64,000 nucleotides of DNA from Bdellovibrionota bacterium (lineage in GTDB: Bacteria; Bdellovibrionota_G; JALEGL01; JAGRMV01), in contig JAWKOC010000003.1 in NCBI GenBank assembly GCA_041391365.1, positions 261,586-325,585 of the forward strand. The letters run 5' to 3'. The notes under the pieces were generated by a model that was given only the letters and a program-made list of their open reading frames with translations, was not told the DNA's origin and did no database searches. The first letter of the stretch is position 1; the number at the start of each line of letters is the position of its first letter. Position numbers and translations under genes: made by a program. Of the stretch, positions 58,253 through 64,000 are shown piece by piece.

Positions 58253-59097
58253 GATGAAAACCTTTCTGTGGGTGTGGGTGTGGGTGTGGGTGTAGAGGTT
58301 GTGGGTTGAGATTGTTGGGTCATGGCCTTTTGTTTTTGCCGATCAAAAAATTCTTGTGCGAGTTCGATGTAGCTTTGCGCTCCGGCAGATCGGATGTCGT
58401 ACATCAAAATGGGTTTTCCAAAACTGGGGGCTTCGCTCACACGCACATTGCGAGGAATTTTGGTTCGATAGAGAATGCGGCCAAAATGATTTTTGACTTC
58501 CAATTCTACCTGATGACAGAGTGAATTTCGTTTGTCGAACATGGTGAGCAAAATGCCTTCGAGTTTGAGGCGAGGGTTCAAATTTTCTCGTACGAGATCA
58601 ATGGTTCGAACCAAACGACTCAACCCTTCCAAAGCATAGTACTCGGCTTGCAAAGGCACAATGACTTGGTCTGCGCAGCTAAGGGCATTGACAGTGAGCA
58701 GTCCCAACGAAGGCGGACAGTCGATCAACACATAATCATAATTTTCGAGGATAGGATCCAAAAGCTGCTTGAGTTTGTATTCTCGATTTTCTAACTCTAC
58801 GGCTTCAATTTCAAATCCGATCAAGTCGGGTGTGGTGGGGAGAATGTCCAAAAAAGGTGTGTCCGTTTTGATGACAATCTCATTGGCCCTGACGTGGCCC
58901 AAGAGTCCATCATAGACTTGCTGCTCATCTTTTGGAGTGACGCCCACACCACTGGTGGTGTTGGCTTGTGGATCCAAATCCACGAGCAATACTTTTTTTT
59001 CCAACACGGCAATCGATGCGCCAAGATTGATCGTGGAGGTTGTTTTTCCAACCCCTCCTTTTTGGTTGGACATGGCAATGATCACGGCTCTACTCAC
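58249..59097 (-). CDS. parA: Chromosome partitioning ATPase ParA/Soj with TP-repeat C-terminal extension
   Basis: Deviant Walker A NQKGGVGKTT. GTG start overlapping the mnmG stop. ATGA overlap with the parB start. Tail QSQPTTSTPTPTPTPTERFSS. Confidence 0.95.
   Translation of the reverse strand: MSRAVIIAMSNQKGGVGKTTSTINLGASIAVLEKKVLLVDLDPQANTTSGVGVTPKDEQQVYDGLLGHVRANEIVIKTDTPFLDILPTTPDLIGFEIEAVELENREYKLKQLLDPILENYDYVLIDCPPSLGLLTVNALSCADQVIVPLQAEYYALEGLSRLVRTIDLVRENLNPRLKLEGILLTMFDKRNSLCHQVELEVKNHFGRILYRTKIPRNVRVSEAPSFGKPILMYDIRSAGAQSYIELAQEFFDRQKQKAMTQQSQPTTSTPTPTPTPTERFSS
58268..58293. repeat. Hexanucleotide tandem repeat (GTGGGT)x4.3
   Basis: gtgggtgtgggtgtgggtgtgggtgt. On the coding strand (ACACCC)n encodes the (TP)n tail of ParA, 16-41 nt upstream of the parB ATG. 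Confidence 0.95.
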
Positions 59098-60992
59098 TGT
59101 GAATTCTCCTGTGTTGAGGTTTTGGATTGTTGAAATTTTTTAAGGTACATGGACATGATGCTGATCGCAGCTGGGGTTACTCCCGAGATGCGAAGAGCTT
59201 GACCGAGGGTGTGGGGCTGAACTTTTTGCAATTTTTCTCGAACTTCGTTCGAAAGACTTGGAAGCATCTGATAATCAAACCCTTTCGGGATCACCGTATG
59301 CTCATCTTTACTCGATCGAGAAATTTCTACTTGCTCGCGTGCGATGTACCCCTCGTACTTGGAGGCAATCTCAATGTTTTCGATGAATGGATTTTTGTGT
59401 TGGGCAAGATCGGGGTCTAGCATTTCTATATGACTCCATTGCACTTCTGGTCTTTTGAGAAACTCCCAATAGGTGTTGGGGCTTTTCAACGGTGTCAGTC
59501 CAAGCGCAGAAATTTTTTCGTTGGTGGCCGGTGTGGGTGTAAAACGTTTTGATTTCAAATGCTGCGTGCAAGATTCGATGACAGATTTTTTTTCCTGATA
59601 CATCGAATGCGTGGTGGCATCCACAGTTCCCAATTCATAGCCTTTTTCCAAAAGTCGTGCATCGGCATTGTCTTCCCGAAGATGCAAGCGATGTTCCGCG
59701 CGGGAAGTAAACATACGATAAGGCTCCTGCGTTCCCTTGGTCACCAAATCATCAACCAAAACGCCCAAATAACTTTCGGTCCTCGACAAGACAAAGGGGT
59801 CTTTGCTCGCACTCAAACTCAGAACGGCATTCGCTCCCGCAAGCCATCCTTGTGCGGCAGCTTCTTCGTAGCCGGTGGTTCCATTGATTTGTCCCGCATG
59901 AAACAGGCCAGGAACTTTTTTGGTCTCCAACCAAGGATGCAACTCGGTTGGGTCAACATAATCATATTCAATCGCATATCCGGGGCGAATCACCTCAACC
60001 TTTTCCAGCCCCTTCATGCTCCTTAAAAAAGCCACTTGCGTGGCCAAAGGCAAAGAGTTGGACAAGCCATTGGGGTAAATCTCAGCGGTATCCAAACCCT
60101 CTGGCTCCAAAAAGACTTGATGCTGATCTTTGTCAGCAAATCGAACGATCTTGTCTTCGATGCAGGGACAATATCGTGGCCCAATGCTTTGAATCTGGCC
60201 CGAATACATGGCAGACTCATGCAAATGCTCTCGAATGAGTTGGTGTGTGTGAGGATTGGTGTAGGTCACATGACAAGGAAGCTGTTTTTGAACGGAAGTT
60301 TGACGAAAGATTGAAAATCGCGGCAAAGGCTCATCGCCGGGCTGCTCTTCTAACACATTGAAATCAATGGTTTTTTTATCAAGTCGCGGGACGGTGCCCG
60401 TTTTCATTCGACCTCGTTTCAAACCCAAATCTAAGAGTCTTTGGCTCAGCCCTTTGGAGGCTTTATCTCCCAAACGTCCGCCGGAGAGATTCAATGTACC
60501 AATGTGAATCAGTCCATTGAGAAAGGTACCTGTGGTCAAAACCACGGCTCCGGCCCATATTTCCTCACCCAAATGAGTAATTACCCCCTGGCAACGACCC
60601 TCTCGATACAAAAGATCTTCGACCATCGCTTCTTTGCAAACGATTCCTGATTCCGACTCGATGATCCGCTTGGCAGCTCGGGCATAAAGATCTTTGTCCG
60701 CCTGTGCCCTGGTAGACCACACCGCAGGGCCTTTTCGTGTATTCAGCCGGCGGAATTGAATGCCTGTTTCGTCAATGAGCCATGCCATCACTCCGCCCAA
60801 AGCCTCTATTTCTTTGACCAAATGAGACTTTCCCAGACCTCCAATGGCGGGGTTACAGGACATGTGTCCAATTCGATCCATGTTGCTCGAAATCAAACAT
60901 ACTTTGGCGCCCATTTTGGCAGCGGCCCAAGAGGCCTCAATGCCCGCATGCCCAGCTCCCACTACAATGACATCAAATCGGATCATGCTCAT
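59094..60992 (-). CDS. mnmG: tRNA uridine 5-carboxymethylaminomethyl modification enzyme MnmG (GidA)
   Basis: FDVIVVGAGHAGIEA FAD motif. Start at ATG 60992 overlaps the stop of the upstream gene (ATGA). Conserved GidA text throughout. Confidence 0.95.
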   Translation of the reverse strand: MSMIRFDVIVVGAGHAGIEASWAAAKMGAKVCLISSNMDRIGHMSCNPAIGGLGKSHLVKEIEALGGVMAWLIDETGIQFRRLNTRKGPAVWSTRAQADKDLYARAAKRIIESESGIVCKEAMVEDLLYREGRCQGVITHLGEEIWAGAVVLTTGTFLNGLIHIGTLNLSGGRLGDKASKGLSQRLLDLGLKRGRMKTGTVPRLDKKTIDFNVLEEQPGDEPLPRFSIFRQTSVQKQLPCHVTYTNPHTHQLIREHLHESAMYSGQIQSIGPRYCPCIEDKIVRFADKDQHQVFLEPEGLDTAEIYPNGLSNSLPLATQVAFLRSMKGLEKVEVIRPGYAIEYDYVDPTELHPWLETKKVPGLFHAGQINGTTGYEEAAAQGWLAGANAVLSLSASKDPFVLSRTESYLGVLVDDLVTKGTQEPYRMFTSRAEHRLHLREDNADARLLEKGYELGTVDATTHSMYQEKKSVIESCTQHLKSKRFTPTPATNEKISALGLTPLKSPNTYWEFLKRPEVQWSHIEMLDPDLAQHKNPFIENIEIASKYEGYIAREQVEISRSSKDEHTVIPKGFDYQMLPSLSNEVREKLQKVQPHTLGQALRISGVTPAAISIMSMYLKKFQQSKTSTQENSQ

Positions 60993-61714
60993 CGTCCTCG
61001 AAGGGTGGTGTGGGGTGGATAATATTGGTTTTTTACAGCAATCGCAGGATAGACCATGCAAGAAGGCCCCAGCAATGAGCCAGGATTGAGAACAGAGTTG
61101 CATCCGGTCTGGCACCCATCTCCAAGAATCGCCCCGAACTTTCGCAGGCCCGAGTCGATCTTTTCTCCTTCAATTCTCAAAGTCACCTCATCATCGGTAA
61201 TTTTCAAGTTCGAGATCTTTGTCCCAGCCCCCAAATTGACCTCGGTACCCAAAATACTGTCTCCAACATAGGCAAAGTGGGCCGCTTTGGCACCGTTGCA
61301 AAAAATAGAGCTTTTGACTTCGCTGGTGTGCCCAATCACGCAATGTTCTCCCGTAATCACCCCACCTCGAATGTAGGCTCCTTGGCGCACCTGCGTATAG
61401 GGTCCCAAAATGGTGGGTCCTTGAATGTAGGCTCCAGGCTCCACAACAACTCCCTCGCCCAACTCGACCTCCCCTTGGATATAGGCCCCAGCCATGACCA
61501 AAACCTCTCCTCCACTGCGAGATTTGAGTTCAGTGTCGCGGGAAACAAAGCCCGTTGGGGCGTTGGGTTGAATATGGCTTTCGATCCATGTTTCTTTGAT
61601 GCCCTTGGCAAGAGTGCTCCACGCCAGAGCATGGTCGTGAAAAAGCTCTCTGAACCACAAAAGTTCAAGATCAATGTAGTGTTGGATCAAAAATGTTTCA
61701 CGTGGAACATTCAT
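60989..61714 (-). CDS. Left-handed beta-helix (hexapeptide-repeat) transferase, GlmU C-terminal-like
   Basis: Hexapeptide repeats GAYIQGEVELGEGVVVEPGAYIQGPTILGPYTQVRQGAYIRGGVITGEHCVIG. Start chosen at ATG 61714. Confidence 0.7.
   Translation of the reverse strand: MNVPRETFLIQHYIDLELLWFRELFHDHALAWSTLAKGIKETWIESHIQPNAPTGFVSRDTELKSRSGGEVLVMAGAYIQGEVELGEGVVVEPGAYIQGPTILGPYTQVRQGAYIRGGVITGEHCVIGHTSEVKSSIFCNGAKAAHFAYVGDSILGTEVNLGAGTKISNLKITDDEVTLRIEGEKIDSGLRKFGAILGDGCQTGCNSVLNPGSLLGPSCMVYPAIAVKNQYYPPHTTLRGR
61694..61709. promoter_or_regulatory. parS: parS centromere site
   Basis: TGTTTCACGTGGAACA is the exact reverse complement of the Bacillus subtilis parS TGTTCCACGTGAAACA. Lies in the first codons of the hexapeptide-transferase gene. 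Confidence 0.8.
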
Positions 61715-61807
61715 TGTGGTGGCACTATACCTTGGTTTTTTTCCCTTGGGGAGAAGAATTTTGATTTTACTCTTGATGAGGAGAAAAATATTTTCTATGA
61801 ACAGGGT

Positions 61808-62245
61808 ATGGGGAAGAATGTTGCCTGGATTCTTATGGTCATTCCGTTTTTGTTCTCTTCTGGGGCAAAAGCAGAGCACTTGTGTGACGAATTGACTCTC
61901 TTCTACCCAAACCTATCCAAGAGCTTCCTCATACAACACCCTACAAACTCTTTTACGTCCACCATTGAAGAGTCCATCGACAACATGAAGAACGCGATTT
62001 TTCATATGGCGCAGGACCGGGACGCCCTTTCAATTCAAGCCTGCATCAAGGCACAGTATTCTGGATCTGAAAAAAGCCTTTGGGAGAGCTATCGATACAT
62101 CGAATTGTTCAAAGAATATGTGGGCCGAGAGTCATTTGATATCGTGGACCACACCTTTGTTCCCCTTCCTCAAAAATTGCCGTGGAAAAAAAGGCTTCCC
62201 AAAGGAACGTTTCGAATCACATTGTTGCTTTTTATTGAAGAGTAG
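61808..62245 (+). CDS. Possible small secreted protein
   Basis: The distal third of the 322-aa track ORF lies outside the antisense shadow of the neighbouring gene. ATG 61808 is followed by signal-like VAWILMVIPFLFSSGAKAE. Confidence 0.4.
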   Translation: MGKNVAWILMVIPFLFSSGAKAEHLCDELTLFYPNLSKSFLIQHPTNSFTSTIEESIDNMKNAIFHMAQDRDALSIQACIKAQYSGSEKSLWESYRYIELFKEYVGRESFDIVDHTFVPLPQKLPWKKRLPKGTFRITLLLFIEE

Positions 62246-62251
62246 ACCCCT

Positions 62252-62267
62252 GTTCCACGTGGAACAT
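62252..62267. promoter_or_regulatory. parS: parS-like perfect palindrome
   Basis: TGTTCCACGTGGAACA is one position from the parS consensus TGTTNCACGTGAAACA. Lies in the convergent intergenic gap and is followed by TTTTAAAAAA. Confidence 0.7.
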
Positions 62268-62295
62268 TTTAAAAAAGTTAAATAATTTCAATATT

Positions 62296-62838
62296 TTATA
62301 TTTTATTGCAGGACAAAAAATGCCCAACATAGTGAACTTCCAAAGATTTGGTGGTGGAAACTTGGTTCATGCTTTGAGAACTGACTTCTGCAGAGACCAA
62401 CAATTTGGAACAACGGCTATCTTCCAAATATCCTTCATAAGCCTTTTTGAGCGATGATAGAAAATCCAAACATTTTACAAAAGAAGAGATGTCGTTGTTG
62501 TTGGAAGACCAAGGGTCTTGATCGCCCTTGATTTCCATCAAAACTTGGTCGACTTCTTGGAACCTTTTGGTGGTCGCCCGAACATCCTCCAAAGAAACCA
62601 TGGAATACCCGTTTCGGTTCTTACCTGTGGGCAGGCAATTCAGCTCAAAGGTTCGACGATCAAACGTGAGCAATGAAGATTTTGTCTGGTCTACATCAAA
62701 AAAAATCTGCGTGTTTTGAACCTCGTCCCAACAGGTCTTTTCAAAATCTATGGTAAAAACAATATTTTCCACCGCTTCGAGAACCGGTGCATGGAACAAA
62801 ACGAAAAAGATTTGAAACAGAAAGATTTTTCGAATCAC
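62296..62838 (-). CDS. Hypothetical secreted protein
   Basis: Signal peptide MIRKIFLFQIFFVLFHAPVLEA. Lies 7 nt downstream of the dnaN stop. No domain recognised. Confidence 0.6.
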   Translation of the reverse strand: MIRKIFLFQIFFVLFHAPVLEAVENIVFTIDFEKTCWDEVQNTQIFFDVDQTKSSLLTFDRRTFELNCLPTGKNRNGYSMVSLEDVRATTKRFQEVDQVLMEIKGDQDPWSSNNNDISSFVKCLDFLSSLKKAYEGYLEDSRCSKLLVSAEVSSQSMNQVSTTKSLEVHYVGHFLSCNKI

Positions 62839-62845
62839 ATCCTCA

Positions 62846-63970
62846 TCATACCCGCATTGGCATGATCACACCAAAAAAAGTTGGGTCATCAGGAATACGC
62901 ACGACCCCTGGACTTTGTTCGTGGTTGAATTCAAACACAACCTTGTCACCATGACTTGCGCCCAGAGCATCCAAAACGTATTTGGCGTTGAACCCAATGT
63001 TGAGTTCACCACCATCAAACTCACCTTGAATTTCTTCTTCTGCTTCTCCCAGCTCAGGTGAGTTGGCTCGCAGCAACACTCCTTGACCATGAATCCCAAA
63101 TTTTACACACTTGGATTTTCCCTCGGAAAGAAGAGAAACTCTTCGAAGAGATTGATAAAAAGATTCTTTTTCCAATGTGAGTTTTTTGTTGTTGTTTTTT
63201 GGAATGACCGCTGTGTAATCCGGAAATTCACCCACCACCAGACGCATGAACAGCTGTGTATCACCCACCTGAAGTACTGCATTTCCTTGGGTTACAGCGA
63301 GGTCCACCAAATCGTCATTGCAGTCGGCAAGCAATTTTTTGAGTTCATAAATTCCTTTTCGAGGAAGAATCACACTTTTTTCAAGTTCAAACTCTTCGCC
63401 TTCCCCCAACTCCGAATTGTAATAGGCCAACCGATGACCATCTGTGGCCACCATACGAAAAACACATTTTCCATTTCCCAGGGTTTCAGTTTCCATCAAA
63501 GAACCGTTGAGATTGTATCTCATCTCATCTGTACAAATCGCAAAGGACGTTCTGTCGATGGCATTTTTGAACGTTGAAGTTTTGATTTTCGAAAACGAAA
63601 TTTCCGAGGAAGATGGCATTTTTGGAAATTCGGCGGCATCCACTCCGGCAATTTTGAACTGTGCTTTTCCACTGTGCAACGTGATCCATGCCTGATCTGT
63701 ACTTACCAATTCTCCTTGTGTATCGGGGAGTTCTTTGACGATGCTTACAAAATGGTTGGCAGGAACGCAGATTTTTCCAGCCTCTTTGACTGTGGTTTTG
63801 ACCTTGGTTTGGATACCAATTTCCAAATCTGTAGCTTGGATGACGACATGATCCTCTTTGGCACTGATCAAAAGATTCCCCAAAATAGGCATGGTTGTTT
63901 TTTTCTCAGCAACCGTCAACACTCTTTGAAGAGCTTTCAAAAATGGATTTTTATCAAATTGAATTTTCAT
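62846..63970 (-). CDS. dnaN: DNA polymerase III beta sliding clamp
   Basis: MKIQFDKNPFLKALQRV...TMPILGNLLI N-terminus, three-domain length of 374 aa, C-terminal MPMRV. Confidence 0.95.
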   Translation of the reverse strand: MKIQFDKNPFLKALQRVLTVAEKKTTMPILGNLLISAKEDHVVIQATDLEIGIQTKVKTTVKEAGKICVPANHFVSIVKELPDTQGELVSTDQAWITLHSGKAQFKIAGVDAAEFPKMPSSSEISFSKIKTSTFKNAIDRTSFAICTDEMRYNLNGSLMETETLGNGKCVFRMVATDGHRLAYYNSELGEGEEFELEKSVILPRKGIYELKKLLADCNDDLVDLAVTQGNAVLQVGDTQLFMRLVVGEFPDYTAVIPKNNNKKLTLEKESFYQSLRRVSLLSEGKSKCVKFGIHGQGVLLRANSPELGEAEEEIQGEFDGGELNIGFNAKYVLDALGASHGDKVVFEFNHEQSPGVVRIPDDPTFFGVIMPMRV

Positions 63971-64000
63971 AGTGCGTACACACTCCCTTACTTATGTATA

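Noticed and set aside
60993-61115. N-terminal extension of mnmG (track ORF starts at 61115)
   Set aside because: The extension overlaps the upstream hexapeptide-transferase gene and lacks GidA similarity. The conserved FAD motif begins right after ATG 60992, which forms an ATGA overlap.
61277-61714. First two-thirds of the 322-aa plus-strand ORF
   Set aside because: It is an antisense shadow of the left-handed beta-helix transferase gene. Only the distal part (61808-62245), which has a signal-like start, is retained, at low confidence.

Overview
Origin-proximal chromosomal segment of a Gram-negative bacterium, moderate GC by eye (not computed). No rRNA, tRNA, CRISPR array, transposase or integrase was seen. 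The content is mostly housekeeping. It includes the clpB 3' end, ilvA, suhB-like, tatD-holB-tmk, rlpA, an MltD-like transglycosylase, PBP1A, SpoIID, a MATE pump and hsp20. It also holds a bactofilin gene fused to an atpF'-F-H-A-G-D-C operon, then parB-parA-mnmG and dnaN at the right edge, so dnaA/oriC should lie just beyond 64000. Several small PilZ genes, an FHA-type sigma-54 activator, a bactofilin next to the partition genes and many orphan secreted proteins suggest a Bdellovibrionota/Myxococcota-like lineage (inference only). Observations most worth a second look, in window order: (1) a sigma-54 promoter, a ~160-nt non-coding transcript and a strong terminator directly upstream of the sigma-54 activator gene, a candidate sRNA module. 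(2) That activator has an FHA + degenerate GGDEF + AAA+ architecture and heads an operon with two orphan genes and a PilZ gene. (3) A ~6-kb plus-strand block of orphan secreted proteins sits between parB and the bactofilin-atp operon. It carries an HExxH protein and a TrpR-like repressor with a trp-operator-like overlapping palindrome. (4) parB is split by an apparent frameshift that detaches its C-terminal dimerisation domain. (5) There are two parS sites near dnaN and a (TP)n-coding hexanucleotide repeat at the 3' end of parA. (6) A decayed SGNH-hydrolase pseudogene lies downstream of atpC. I cannot demonstrate a complete novel multi-gene system from sequence alone. All function calls rest on motifs read by eye, not on database searches.
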